Shown: positions 39,861 to 52,279 of the stretch, piece after piece
Layout of the letters: each line of letters opens with the position of its first letter
Position numbering within the stretch: the first letter of the stretch is position 1
Source of the DNA: Octopus bimaculoides
Lineage: Eukaryota
Assembly: GCF_001194135.2 (NCBI RefSeq)
Contig: NC_068989.1
Location: 16,621,803 to 16,674,081 of the forward strand
Direction of reading: 5' to 3'
DNA length: 52,279 bases
Position numbers and translations under genes: made by a program
Notes under the pieces: model-generated
Told to the model about the DNA's origin: nothing
The model's input: the letters and a program-made list of their open reading frames with translations, nothing else
The model's database searches: none

Positions 39861-40203
39861 TCTTTTATCTGTTTCAGTCACTAGATTGTGGCCATGCCGA
39901 GGCTGCTCTGAAGAATTTTTTAGCCAAATGAATCAACCCCAGTACTTATTTTTTTAAAAGCCTGGTACTTATTCTATTGGTCACTTTTGCCAAACTGCTA
40001 AGTTACAGGGATGTAAACACGGTGTTGGGGCAACAAACACAAACACACACATGATGGGCTTCTTTCAGTTTCCATCTATCAAATCCACTCAGGGCTTTGA
40101 TCAGCCTGAGGCTATAGTGGAAGGCACTCGTCCAAGGTACCATGCAGTGGGACTAAACCCAGAGCCATGTAGTTGGGAAATAAGCTTCTTACCACACAGC
40201 CAT
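39861..40203 (-). mobile_element. Full-length CORE-like SINE (family D)
   Basis: Head ATGGCTGTGTGGTAAGAAGCTT, core GTACCTTGGACGAGTG, tail GACTGAAACAGATAAAAGA. Confidence 0.85.
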
Positions 40204-40361
40204 GTCTGCATATATATTTAAATATTTTTCAAGTCAATACTTAAATAGGAGACAAACTCTAAGAAAACTGTATCTATCCCAAGTTCCCACACCCCATGAG
40301 GTAGTACTGCCCATTTTGAGAAGCATTGTTTTATTTGAAATGTTTAGTAGTATGATGCAAT

Positions 40362-40642
40362 TGTCTTCTACTATAGTCTTGGGCCAATCAAAGTCTTGTG
40401 AGTGAATTTGGGATATGGAAACTGAAAGAAGCCTGCTGTGTGTATGTGTGTGTGCGTTTGTGTACTCTTGGCTTGATTTCACATGATGATTGTAAATGAG
40501 CATCAGTCATTCCCAATCTTCTGTAAAAAATGTCTGGCTATTGGGAAAGAGATGAAGAAAAAGCATCTGGCTGTAGAAAATCTGCTTCAACAAATTTTGT
40601 CCAACCCATGCAGGCATGGAAAAATGAATGTTAAAATGATGA
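40362..40642 (+). mobile_element. CORE-like SINE, family D variant with an alternative 3' tail ending AAAATGATGA
   Basis: Shares TGTCTTCTACTATAG...GGAAACTGAAAGAAGCC with family D but continues GCATCTGGCTGTAGAAA...GCATGGAAAAATGAATGTTAAAATGATGA. Confidence 0.75.
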
Positions 40643-41381
40643 GGTTTGTATTGACAGTAAATTTACCTGTATAAGATGTTCTATGCAATGTTTCTCTATT
40701 TTTCATTAACAATTTTCTGTCACTCGCTCACTCTCTCAGCATAGAATTTTAACAGTTTGTTCTACTAGAAATAGCAGTCAAATCTCCGTTAAAACACACT
40801 ACTTGTCTTAAGAAAGGAGATGACATGTTAGACAATGTAATCATATATATACAGACAGGATGGTCATGGTTACAGAATAGACCTGCATCAGTGGTTAACA
40901 ACGATGGTCAGAATACATAAAAATATAGCCATCAAATCACACCACCAATCACTAACATAATTATAATACCAAACTGCCATAAGTAATTTTATTGACAGAT
41001 TTCTTGTTCATTTGCTTGCTTATATGAAAATGAATTTATAACAGTTGAAAATATTTAAAAATGAGACAAAATGAGGGAGCTCCTATGTGGTTGATCGAAT
41101 TGGAAGAAATAACAGCCAAATTTCACTTAAATCATACCCTACTGAATTTTTTTTTTCTAAATTATATGACACATTTAACAGTGGAGTCCTAGATATACAA
41201 GAAGAGAGATGCTCACGATTTAAAAGCCTTTGATCAACAGAGCTCATCTATCAGGGCTAGCCTGGGGCTAATTAACAATAGAATAATCACATAAAAGAAC
41301 CAAGAATTCAAAATTTATAAAAGTAAAGAGAAACAAGTTGGTTCACCATCCATACATTTCTTTACCATTCTACTTCTATTT

Positions 41382-41417
41382 GAATAATAAATTCAACCTC
41401 GAAACGTAAAATAGCGG
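41382..41417 (-). promoter_or_regulatory. Conserved intronic element, copy a (58 nt into intron 1 after exon 1a)
   Basis: GAATAATAAATTCAACCTCGAAACGTAAAATAGCGG versus 47071-47105: one substitution and one 1-nt indel. Function is inferred. Confidence 0.6.
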
Positions 41418-41475
41418 TCACTTACTATATAATAATAATGACGATGTCACTGATGATAATTAAAATTAATCTTAC

Positions 41476-41478
41476 CAT
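41476..41478 (-). CDS. TUBA: Alpha-tubulin gene B proximal exon 1a coding part (ATG only); leader about 41597-41479; intron to 37353
   Basis: Minus strand CCATT ATG|GTAAGATTAATT; ATG-free leader of about 120 nt; gives MREC when joined to exon 2. Confidence 0.75.
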
Positions 41479-41594
41479 AATGGATTTTGGATCTTAAGAT
41501 AATTTGAAAGACGAAGATGAGACTGTAGTGGTATTAGTTGTTGTAGATGCTGCAGTTGTAGCAGTCGCTGGGAGGTATGGTTGATGTAGTAGTA

Positions 41595-41660
41595 CTGCAA
41601 TGTTCGCTTATGGATTCGATATATCCTTAATGAGGCCAAATATTGGTTATGAACGTCTGA
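41595..41660 (-). promoter_or_regulatory. Putative promoter 1a of gene B: CCAAT (41646-41642), TATA-like CATTAAG (41632-41626), TSS about 41597
   Basis: Spacing of about 30 nt from the TATA-like motif to an Inr-like GCAGT; homologous block at 47841-47905. Confidence 0.6.
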
Positions 41661-42335
41661 GATGGTACCATGATTTTTAGTGTATCCACGTTTTAGAGAA
41701 AGCAACATTTGATAATATAGTTACATACATACTATATAACATACGCAGTTTCGAGTTACGTCTTTTTCGACTTTACGTATTTTTGAAAAGAAATCAATGA
41801 AGAAAATAATAAACCTCGACTTCAGTAGATTTTTATCCGACTTTACGTCGTCGGTCTCAGCAAATATACTTAAAATTATGAAAATTTTTAAAAACCCACC
41901 TAAATACCTTTACTGAGGAGAAAAATCAAATAATACACATGTTAAAATACGTAGAAACCATTTATTAAAACTGATAAATTTTTGGAAAATGTCTTTTCGT
42001 GTTAAGTTGTTTCTTGGAAGCAATTACCGATCTATGTTGCGGTATGCCTACATGTAGTATGAAAATGAGACAGTGACTGCTGTATCTTTGCTCAATCAGG
42101 TCTGACCTAGGGCTAAACAAGAAACACATTTGCACAAAGTCTAATACGTACACAAACACTAAAGAGGAATAAAATATGAAAGGCATGTACATTCGCAAAT
42201 ACACAAAGTAGTTTAGTAGTTTACCGTAACAGACAACAGACTGTCATTCCAACGTAAACACGCAGACAACGATAAACAATAGAAGTATCTAAATAGATTA
42301 TCATATACACGAACACATGCATATATTAATCGACG

Positions 42336-42570
42336 CAGTGTATTTGGTAGATGGAAACTACGTAAAGCCCGTCGCGCGGTCTCATATGTGTATGTGTGAG
42401 TCTGCCCCACCACTTGTCAACTGCTAATTTGGTTCCTTACGTTCCGTAACTTAAAGGTCCGATTGAATAAATAATACTAGACGTAAAATAAGTACTAGGA
42501 TAGATTCAATCGTATAACTCTATAAGGCTCCAGCATAGCCGCAGTACAATAACTGAAACAGGAGTAAAGA
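42336..42570 (+). mobile_element. Degenerate CORE-like SINE (family D), 3' part
   Basis: TTTGGTAGATGGAAACT...AAGCCCGTC...GCTCCAGCATAGCCGCAGT...ACTGAAACAGGAGTAAAGA. Confidence 0.7.
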
Positions 42571-42929
42571 GCGCAGGCACACACACACCGATCACATGTG
42601 TATGCATGTGTATGTGCGCAGTGTGATCGCAAGAACTTCCTCGTCTACCCTCCCTAAAGTGAAACTAGAGAAATTTCGATCAGTAAATCCCAAAGCAAAA
42701 AACTTCATTACTTTGCAGAAACCAGAGATTTAACCGAAGACCTTTAGATCTTGTCTAACATGCTCTCAAACTGAGATAATTTATCTCTGCAAAATGGTCT
42801 CATAATTTGTCAAAATGTCGTGAAAAAGAGAATATCTTGCTGAAGTATATCAAACTAAATGCATTAAATACAAATAAAGGAAAAACTCATTCCAATAAAA
42901 ATATGAAGTGTCTTTCACAATGTATAAAC

Positions 42930-43285
42930 ATTTATCATGGCACCAGTAGACAAAATGGAAAGAGCTTTGCCCCGGAGAATACCGAGGGAGATGCGGTGGA
43001 ACAGCCGCTCTGATTCACTGGGCTCTCACTTGCGGACAGCAATCTGCCCTGATACCGATGAGTTGGGATATGGTCCGGGGCAAAGAACGCCGGAGGTCTC
43101 AACTGCCACAGGCTTACCATAAACCTGTTGGAGAGCAGCCGACACCTTGACGGGTTTTTTTTCTTCTCAGCCCGACGAGCAGCGGAGCCTGGTGATTAAC
43201 ACCAAATTGCCGATGGAGAAGGTGTCACAGTATGTGATATCTCACATGAGGAGGTCTACCGTCACGGAACGGGAAAATATTTTTA
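42930..43285 (-). pseudogene. 3' fragment of a CRE-like (restriction-like endonuclease) non-LTR retrotransposon
   Basis: Minus frames: IFPFRDGR..*DITYCDTFS...PGSAARRAEKKK...PVAVETSGVL...ESERLFHRISLGILRGKALSIL, matching the RLE C-terminal motifs WD.TC.DT, P.AVET.G and LFQRLS.AIQRGNA. Confidence 0.7.
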
Positions 43286-43876
43286 CTGTCTTTTCTAATA
43301 CAATTTCGTTCCTCACCCAACTTTCTTTTACTCTGAAATCGATAACCTATATACGACGTATTGCAGTTATGGCTACACTTTTAGCGTAAGGAATGTCAGG
43401 GTTTTCTTTTATATGCTTCAGTGCAAAGGCTGTGTCCATGCCGCAGCACCCAACACATAACGCAGTTGTCGCTTAATATGCAGAAAACAGCGCCTCTCAA
43501 AGTTCTACAAATCACACCCAGACTGCATTGAACAATATAGTTCCCAATATACAAACCACAGAATTGTTACGACTGGAGCGCCTTTCATCATAGTTTTATT
43601 TTAACAGGTGGTTTGTTGGGGCTACACCAGTGTTTACATCGAGTCACTGCGTGAACGCGACTTGCAGAGCATCGCAGCCAACTTTTTCTCAAATCGCACC
43701 CTGCCATCTTAAATTAGGAAAGGATATATTGGCAAATGCATCTCTATACAGAACACACAAACAGATGCGATATCTATATCTGCATGTTTGTGACATCTGT
43801 CAGCAGACTATGGAGGGCGCCTATGGTGGGATAGTGTAATCTTGCAGCGTCAGTGGTAGATAAGATCTCTCTCGCT

Positions 43877-44105
<229 letters not shown>

Positions 44106-45888
44106 CTGCTCCAACATTCACTAGCTACTTTATAACTAAAATTACGAAAGGCTAAATCGACATTGGTAGTATATGAAAGAAAGTAAAGAGACGCAATACA
44201 TTGCAATGAGTTCTATCGGATGTCCAAACAATAGTGTCATTGACCGCCTTGCATACAGACAATTATTTATTCATACATACATACATACATACATACACAA
44301 GAGAATTTTGCGAAAGAGATGAGAGCTGAAAGAAAAAGACAAAGCTCTGTTTTAATAGAGTGAGGGGAAATTGAAGGTGAAACGTGATAAAACAATTGTA
44401 ATGGGTAAATGATAAAGATAAAATGCTTTTATAATACTGAAGTGTGTGCGTCGGTATACGAGAGATTTTGAGAGAGAAAGAGAGAGAGAAGATAGGAAAT
44501 TATATAAAGGGAGACGGAGAGAAGAAATAATCATGTAAGTGAACACGAACAATGAAGAAGCATAAGTGATGACACGACATTTCAAATAAATAAATTTATT
44601 CCAGGTCATACAGAGCAGAGATTATTATGAGAATTGAATGTTCCAAGTAGGGAAATAGTGTTGCAAAACAACAAAGTACAAGAAACGGAAGCAAGGCTAG
44701 AATTGATTAAGAATTACTGAATGGCAACGAAATAAACCTCGTCATTTTCGACGGGCACTACGCTTTTATTTAATAAATTTGGTATTTATATTTCGTGTGA
44801 AGTTAGAGCAGTGGAGTAGCAGAATCTGTGAGTTTAGTTTCGTCTCTTTATATTTTGAGTTCAAAAGACATATGTAGTCGTTAAAATAGTTACCAGTTGT
44901 GTACTAGGATCGATATTGCCAATTTCTCCTCTACATATATCAGTCAATGTCATTGAGAAAGACTACGTTGTAGCTTCAACTGCTAGAAATAACATCCACA
45001 AATCACTCAAATTACACCCTACTGTCTTGAAAAGAGAAGGCTAAGATGGTCATGACAGGATTACATCCGACCATAGGACTTTTCAGAGCATGGCTGATCT
45101 GTGTCAGAATAGCAACATATGACCGGACTCAGTTCAACTAATAATCAACACGTGCTTAGGGTATCGAGAGGACAGGGGAAAATTCCTTTTGCAATTTTAT
45201 TCTGATGCGAACGGCAAAATATTGTTTTAATGAATGAAAATTTGTTGGAAGTTCGCATCCTTCACCCCACCCAATGCTTAGTAAATGAATTGCTTTGTTG
45301 AATACAATCATGAAATTGGCTATATTTGATACAGTTGTAAGGTTTGCTTGGTGGATGGTCGGCCAAACAGAAACGTAAATCTTTAATTATTTCCCCAAAG
45401 CACTTAGATCTTTTCGTGTTTCAGTTAACAATGGAGGTGTTGAGACGTAAAGGACACATATACGCTATTGTTGTATTGTGCTTAGACCTATCGAGTGGTC
45501 TTAAACAGGTCCTGCATGTGGCGCTAAATAAAGTTAGTGTGTGTTAAATAAAAACACTCTACAATAACAGATCAGCAAAGCCGTAAATGTTTTCTTGTTC
45601 AACTTTTGTTCAATACTCTGTTATATTATTAATCATGTATTAACAATATGTTAACAAGACTAAACGACTAGTGCTCTCTCTCTCTCTCTCTCTGTAGGAT
45701 AGCGATCGATAATTGAATCGACTTCTGGCAACGGATCTCTTCATCTTTTATAAGTTAGTTCATATATATCTTATATCACAACAGGCATAATTGACGAATG
45801 CAAGACGTTTTACATATTTATCAATAGATTTTATTTAATATTTGGCAATCTTTCCTTATTTTAAATTCTAACATATTTTTGCAGAATA

Positions 45889-46100
45889 TTCTTTTCTATT
45901 CTAGGCACAAGGCACGAAATTTTGGGTGGAGGCCAGTAGATTAGATCGACCCCAGTACGCAACTGGTACTTAATTTCTCGACCCTGAAAGGATGAAAAGA
46001 AAGTTGACCTCGGCAGAATTTGAACTTACAACGTAAAAACAGACGAAATACTAAGCATTTTGCCCATCATACTAACGTTTCTGCCAGCTCGCTGCCTTGG
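45889..46100 (-). mobile_element. SINE family B, full length, same tail type as the second monomer at 9624
   Basis: Reverse complement AAGGCAGCGAGCTGGCAGAAACGTTAG...AATTTCGTGCCTTGTGCCTAGAATAGAAAAGAAT. Confidence 0.88.
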
Positions 46101-47070
46101 GTTGTTTGAATATTGTTGAATCTGTTACAGTTGGTGAGCATTGAAGCCTTCGAGTAACAGGTTTGTTTGTCTATTTAACCTATTAAGACTATATAAGAGC
46201 CAATGGGAGAGCTTTACGTGGTAGCTCGAAATAGCAGCTAAAAAGTTCAAATCAGTCCAACACAGTGGTTCTCAATCTTTTAGGCTTCAAATTTGGAGGG
46301 GGAAAGTAGACGTTTAGCATATTGTCTTAAAACATACTTCCGTACAATGACGCTCAAGTCTTATTTTAAATTAATAATTAAGCACACCTATGTGCCTCTC
46401 TCTCTGTCATGCACTAGCACATCTTTTGAAAAACACTCCTTAAACGTTTAAAAAAAAAATACTTTTAATCCAAGTTTGCCGACCAGAGGAAAAGCTACTG
46501 GTACATATTTTATGGAGCCCAGGGTTATAAAAAGTTATGTTGTCTCTAATGATGAATGTGCGGGGGTGAGACACGATACGAAGATAAATATATGTCCATG
46601 AATGTCTATGCAGTGACATGAGCTGCCAGAATAAACAGTTATCACAACTACTGTCTTCGTAAGTCACCACTATCGTTTACATGTTTTTGTATTGTTATAA
46701 ATTATTATCTAATTTTGATCTGTAGATTTCACAGATCCCGTGTCCATTCGAGGACGTCAGTGCTTGAAGCACAAAACAGCCACATATATAAACCAGTGAG
46801 TGAGTCTGCTTGGTTAAGCTACTACAAGAAAGAAAAGAAAAGAAACCCAATATTACCCAAACCATACCAGATTGTCTTGAAATATAAAAGGAAGAACACA
46901 TTGAAATAATGGAGTTCTAGGTAAACAAATTGATGAGATGGCTATGTCCTGAACGGAGTTGACCAGCAACTATAACAATAATCACATAAAAAGTCTTAAG
47001 CGCGGAGAGAGAAGAACTAAAGCTGTGTGTCAATTTTTTAAAGAGCAATTTTCATATTTATGACCTAGCT

Positions 47071-47105
47071 GAATAATAAATTCGACCTCGAAACGTAAAT
47101 AGCGG
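47071..47105 (-). promoter_or_regulatory. Conserved intronic element, copy b (downstream of exon 1b)
   Basis: GAATAATAAATTCGACCTCGAAACGTAAATAGCGG, near-identical to 41382-41417. Confidence 0.6.
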
Positions 47106-47435
47106 ACACTCGTTAAATAATAATAATAACGGTTTTAAATTTTAGCAAAAGGCTAGAAGATATTATGGGAGGATAATCGACTACATCGACCCCAGCGCTT
47201 AACTGGTACTTATGTTGAGGGCAGAACAAAGGCGAATTAGAAAATGAAACAAAAATGAGAGGGGGGGGGTCTTTACATCGAGTAAATAGGAGAAAACAAA
47301 ATCTTATTGATAAATAATTATAGTACAAAATAAGAAAAAGGGATTCCCAAAATGGTGAGGTGATGGGACCCTGTAGGGTGATCACGCACAGCAACGGATA
47401 GCTCTGGCATGCCAAAAGCAAGTTCTTTCTCCCAG

Positions 47436-47482
<47 letters not shown>

Positions 47483-47731
47483 CATAGTTAAGAGTGAATC
47501 CCTTTTGCCACTCTCTCACAACTTTCATAAAAATTACTGGAGGACAGACAGCATCTCCCTCTCTATCACATTCATCTTCAAATGATACTTAAAAAAATTG
47601 ACGAAGGTTTTGACCAACCGCGTTCACTACGCAAATTCTTTCGCCAGAGCTTACCACCTGACAGAGGAAAGAAAACTTTCCGTTCTTTAGATAATACGTC
47701 ATAGATGATACTTAAAAGAAATTAATCTTAC

Positions 47732-47734
47732 CAT
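47732..47734 (-). CDS. TUBA: Alpha-tubulin gene B distal alternative exon 1b coding part (ATG only); leader about 47843-47735
   Basis: Minus strand CCACT ATG|GTAAGATTAATT; leader and promoter are homologous to exon 1a; no upstream ATG; the only compatible downstream acceptor is exon 2 at 37352. Confidence 0.65.
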
Positions 47735-47840
47735 AGTGGCTTTTGATTTCGTTCAAGATATTCGAAAAACAAAGATAAAATTGAGATAGTGATTGTTGTT
47801 AGAGTAGGTACCGCCGAAGGTGTAGTAGCAGTAGTCGCAC

Positions 47841-47905
47841 AGCAATATTCGCTCACACGGACTTGATGTATCCTTTATGAGGTCGAAGATTTGGTTTGAC
47901 GTCTG
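47841..47905 (-). promoter_or_regulatory. Putative promoter 1b of gene B: CCAAA (47894-47890), TATA-like CATAAAG (47879-47873)
   Basis: Aligns with promoter 1a (TCAGACGT..AACCAA.....CCTCAT.AAGGATA.ATC.A.TCC...AGCGAA.ATTGC). Confidence 0.55.
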
Positions 47906-48109
47906 AATCGGTGTCAGTGGTTTATATACGTATGCGTACCTGCGTATCACTGCATATGTATGTGTGCGTTTATGCGCTTACATATATGTGTGTGCATAGT
48001 AAGTAGCTCGACGACTATATATATATATATATATATTTAATTATTCGCTACATTCCACTGTCATAGTCCTCCTTCCCCTCTCCTTTCTTTCCATTTGCAT
48101 CTGCCACCA

Positions 48110-48167
48110 CTCATTATACTACCACTACCACCCACACCAGCACCAGCACCGCCTACACCACCACCAT

Positions 48168-48199
<32 letters not shown>

Positions 48200-48212
48200 T
48201 TGCTGCTGCTGC
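48110..48212. repeat. Compound trinucleotide repeat (ACC)n-(TAC)n-(GCT)n, about 0.3 kb upstream of promoter 1b
   Basis: Directly visible. Confidence 0.9.
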
Positions 48213-49025
48213 TGCATGTGTTCTTTTTCTTCTGCGTCGTTTTCTCTGCAGTTTTAGTTTTGTTTATGTATACCCACCATTTACGCTAATTTCAATTTTT
48301 CGACTAGTGATCATGCATGTATGCACACACACACAAATGCACATGCATTCATACACACATACACATACGCGCGTGCACATATATCTACGCAAACACATGA
48401 CTGCGATGGAAATACATAAACACACTTGTGAGCGCGCACACACATACACGCACTCACTCTACCACATGACCGCACATGGAAATACTCATTTAGATAAACA
48501 CACTTGCTCGCGCGCTCACATAAACATGTATGAATGTGTTCTTTTGTTATTCCTACGTTATTTTGGTGCATCAGATTCATTGTGCTTCTTTCGAATTTTG
48601 TGTTTGCTGATCTTTAGTTTCAGATGCATTCATCTATTTCTCTCTTCTTTTATTTCGTTATTTTCATATCCCAGCGAGATAACGAGTCGCCCTCATAATA
48701 TTGAAGGGACATGTTCAATTACCAACAACTACATGGGTCTTCGGATGATTTGTTTACAGCATATTCTCAAGGAATTTATCTGGTGACGAATGAAACACGT
48801 TCTCTTGTTTGAATTCATTTTCTCTATAAGATAACTTTATAACATAAAGATTAATTACCTCGTAATTTATATTGCTAACATTCTATATAAATTTACACAA
48901 AGTATATTTTGAATTTTGTTAGCGAAAGCGTATACTTGCCGCATAAGAAGTAAGATAACAATAATAAATAATTAACGTGCCAATACCGAAAGTCTACTAC
49001 GCAGGCATGTACGTAAATGTTTGTG

Positions 49026-49057
<32 letters not shown>

Positions 49058-49278
49058 AACGTGTGTGTATTGATATATAATATATATATAATAATAATAT
49101 TTTATTTATTATTATTATTATTATTATTTAATTGAACGCCATGCATCTATTTCCAAGTGTGTACATACATACATACATACATACATACTCTCTCTTTCCT
49201 TTCCTGAGCGTCCAATAATACTATCCATATCACGTCCTCACTTTGTTGTTTTTTGTTTTTTTGTTATTGTTTTTTTTT

Positions 49279-49311
<33 letters not shown>

Positions 49312-49490
49312 NNNNNNNNNNNNNNNNNNNNNNNNNNNNNNNNNNNNNNNNNNNNNNNNNNNNNNNNNNNNNNNNNNNNNNNNNNNNNNNNNNNNNNNNN
49401 NNNNNNNNNNNNNNNNNNNNNNNNNNNNNNNNNNNNNNNNNNNNNNNNNNNNNNNNNNNNNNNNNNNNNNNNNNNNNNNNNNNNNNNNNN

Positions 49491-49521
<31 letters not shown>

Positions 49522-49524
<3 letters not shown>

Positions 49525-49685
49525 TAGCGTAGCTAGGGAGGGGCGGTAGGGGCGGTTCGCTCCGGGTGGCACTTTTAAAAGGACACCACCTTTGGGTCTG
49601 CTGTAGGCAATATGTTTTTTGTGGGGTCCAGGGGCGGCAAACGGAAGGGCCGTCCCGGGTGGCACACACTCTAATTACGCTAGTG
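49522..49685. mobile_element. GC-rich MITE, 164 bp (possibly hAT-related)
   Basis: TIRs CACTAGCGTAGCTAG / CTAATTACGCTAGTG; TSD obscured by the flanking (TA)n. Confidence 0.7.
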
Positions 49686-49744
49686 CACAACATGTCCTGC
49701 AGTATGCGGTCATATTCCTTTTAAAGAATTGCAAGTACTGATAC

Positions 49745-50230
49745 AATAATGCACTAGCGTCAGCATTCGATCAATAGAAAAGAAATTGGTAAAAAAGCTG
49801 AACTTGCTGTCTTCGATTTCGTACCTATCCTCCGCTATCCTTCATGAAAGTTGACCTAAAGTATACGATCGCGAATACAAGCGACCGAAATGAGGATTCT
49901 CCGAAAGATCTTCGAAGTAATGTTACTCAACAGGGTACGTAGTTCAGGAACTCTCTCCCGGTCGAGCTGCTACTTCTCCGCATTGGGAGGTCACAGCTCC
50001 GGTAGTACGGTCATGTGATTAGAATGCTGCTGGAAAGGATCGCAAGACGGAGTTTTGAAGCCGAGCCAACCAGCAGGAGACCTCGAACAAGATGGCTCGA
50101 TGATATCCATCGCCTTCATTGGTCATGCTTGGGAGTCCAGCAGGATAATGTAATGACGGTTGTTTCTGATCGGACTTTATGGCGTAGGTGCTTGAGGACA
50201 CTGTTTCCACGACCCTCCTACAAATAGTGG
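49745..50230 (+). pseudogene. RTE-clade (Rex3/Expander-like) LINE C-terminal fragment
   Basis: RIQATEMRILRKIF...LLLLRIGRSQLR*YGHVIRM...RRPRTRWLDDI...DRTLWR are typical RTE C-terminal motifs. Confidence 0.8.
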
Positions 50231-50269
50231 GCAGAGAAAATGTACGGGTACACACCCACACACACGCGC

Positions 50270-50580
50270 GCGCAGAAACGTGCTTAAGAAGTGACCAATT
50301 GGCTTCGGGTTCAGTCCCACCGCTCAGCACTTTGGGGACGTGTCTTCTCCTATCGTCCTGGGCCAATCAATGCCTTGTGAGTGAATTTGACAGATGGAAA
50401 CCGTGTGGAAGTCCGTCGTAAATAAGTATGTACGAATATGAGTGCGGGGGGGTGCCTCAGTGATTATGTTTGCCTTTCACTGTTTGACTACTGACGTTGG
50501 TGTATTTGCGTCTCTGTAAATTAACGGTTCGGCAAATAGAGTCCGATAGAATAAATGTCAGACTTAAAGTAAGTACTGGG
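50270..50580 (+). mobile_element. Degenerate CORE-like SINE (family D)
   Basis: GGGTTCAGTCCCAC...CACTTTGGGGACGTGTCTTCT...GCCTTGTGAGTGAATTTG...AACGGTTCGGCAAATAGAGTCCGATAGAATAA. Confidence 0.75.
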
Positions 50581-50837
50581 CTCACTTCAAAAAGTTCGTC
50601 TCCTTCCAAAATATTACTGCATTATACACCAAGACTTGCTACATGAGGAAACTTTAAATCTGCAGCATGTTATCGGTTGTGAAATGTGTGTATAAAATTA
50701 GAGCCAGAACATTACACAGCTAAGAATTTAGAAAATATTGTAAAATGTTATTTACGAAATATGGCGATCAGGTTTTTCTAAGTTCAGATTCAGCGTAAAT
50801 TTTGAAACTGAAAAATTACTGTGCATTATATCAAAGA

Positions 50838-51020
50838 AAGGCGGCTCGCTGACAAGATCGTTAGAACGAAGGGAAAATGCTTTGCAAAATTTGTTCCGAC
50901 TCTTTACATACTAGGTAGGTTCACTTCGATAAAGTAAAGTACCAATCAAGTACTGGGATCAATAATATCGACATGCTTCCCTCACCGAAAACATTGTTGG
51001 TCCTGTGCATAAATTAGAAA
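50838..51020 (+). mobile_element. Degenerate SINE family B
   Basis: AAGGCGGCTCGCTGACAAGATCGTTAG...AAGTACC...AGTACTGGGATC...AAATTAGAAACCATTA. Confidence 0.65.
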
Positions 51021-51212
51021 CCATTAATTTCGGTTATAACGAATTATCGAATGTCAGAAAGCGAGCGTTTCTTCCAGAAAAACTGACCAAAATTTCATTC
51101 ACTGTTTGACTAAAATTATTCGACAAAAGTCTTTGTCCGATAAACCGAGCCTTAGCCAAACTGGAATGGGTGATACTATACACCACCCATTCCTGACTCA
51201 TACACTTATAGT

Positions 51213-51599
51213 GTTGTTGTTGGCACTCCGTCGCTTACGACGTCGAGGGTTCCAGTTGATCCGATCAACGGAACAGCCTGCTCGTGAAATTAACGTGCAA
51301 GTGGCTGAGCACTCCACAGACACGTGTACCCTTAACGTAGTTCTCGGGGATATTCAGCGTGACACAGTGTGACAAGGCTGACCCTTTGAATTACAGACAC
51401 AACAGAAACAGGAAGTAAGAGTGAGAGAAAGTTGTGGTGAAAGAGTACCCCAGGGTTCGCCACCATCCCCTGCCGGAGCCTCGCGGAGCTTTAGGTGTTT
51501 TCGCTCAATAAACACTCACAACGCCTGGTCTGGGAATCGAAGCCGCGATCCTATGACCGCGAGTCCGCTGCCCTAACCACTGGGCCATTGCGCCTCCAC
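51213..51599 (-). mobile_element. Full-length SINE family A
   Basis: Closely matches 4974 and 34926; TSD ACACTTA(T/A)AGT at 51202-51212 and 51600-51610. Confidence 0.92.
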
Positions 51600-52279
51600 A
51601 CACTTAAAGTAGTACATTGAAATAAAACAGATGAAACAATTGGGATAGTATGAATTAGAAATATGTAGAACAATTTTAACTGGCACAGAAAGAAGAGAGA
51701 GGGAACCATGTTTGTTTACAATTGGTGAACAAAAGTATAGCACTTTAATGTTAATGAGACAATAGGACAAGGCATCATATGCTCAAATATAAAGTTTTTC
51801 TATACAACGAACTTTGACGCATAATGCAGTGATATTTTAAATAATCTAAAACAGTGGTTATTTTGCATTTTTTTTTTGTAGCTCCCCCCGCTGTATATAA
51901 ACAGAGTGGCAATTTGTTTCTCTGAGATTAGTCAAGTAATATAGTCAGTTCCGATAAGAACCCAATAAGTTTCGAAAATCAATTAAGGCTGTTCATAACT
52001 TTCACAGACGCGCGCGCGCGCTTTGTGTGTACGTGCGTGTGTGCGTGTGTGCGTGTGTGCTCATACGTATGTCTGTATGTGTGTGTGCGTGCGTGCGTGT
52101 GTATGTATGTAAGTGGATATGGATGTGCAAGGTGCGCGGCAAAGTTACCGTATTGTCGCATTTACAATCTGCCACTGTCGATTACCTATTATTGATCGCA
52201 GAAACGTTCGTAACAGATGTACAAAAAATACCAAATTCATGCTTCTCTCTCACTCGCTCTCTCTCTCTCTCTCTCTCTC

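Noticed and set aside
43113-43120. Third ATG|GTAAG candidate first exon for gene B
   Set aside because: It lies inside the RLE retrotransposon coding remnant (codons Y-G-K), with no homology to cassettes 1a/1b and no promoter motifs.
46263-46437. Possible hAT MITE (CAGTGGTTCTCAA ... TTGAAAAACACT); also a lone TIR-like GTTGAGAACCACTG near 4508-4520
   Set aside because: Partner TIRs are degenerate or absent and there is no TSD; too weak to list.

Overview
AT-rich, repeat-dense, intron-containing animal genomic DNA with ten short N-gaps. It is probably a coleoid cephalopod (Octopus-like); this rests on recognising the SINE families and cannot be verified here. The only host genes are two intact alpha-tubulin paralogs (450 aa each) arranged tail-to-tail, with 10,308 bp between their stop codons. 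Gene A (+): ATG-only exon 15524-15526, exon 2 24123-24345, exon 3 24454-25580. Gene B (-): exon 2 37352-37130, exon 3 37015-35889. The most interesting result is that gene B has two homologous upstream promoter plus ATG-only first-exon cassettes (ATG at 41478 and 47734), each followed by a nearly invariant 35-36 bp intronic element. One coding body may therefore be driven by duplicated promoters that give an identical protein. The paralogs also look like a gene-conversion mosaic: long identical tracts and a shared intron 2, but unrelated flanks. The rest is mobile DNA: several SINE families (two tight head-to-head pairs), Tx1-, RTE- and CRE-like LINE relics, mariner relics, hAT and Merlin-like MITEs, TIR elements carrying TTAGGG repeats, and a Helitron remnant. 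No CRISPR array, rRNA or true tRNA gene was seen. Repeat boundaries and identities were estimated by eye.
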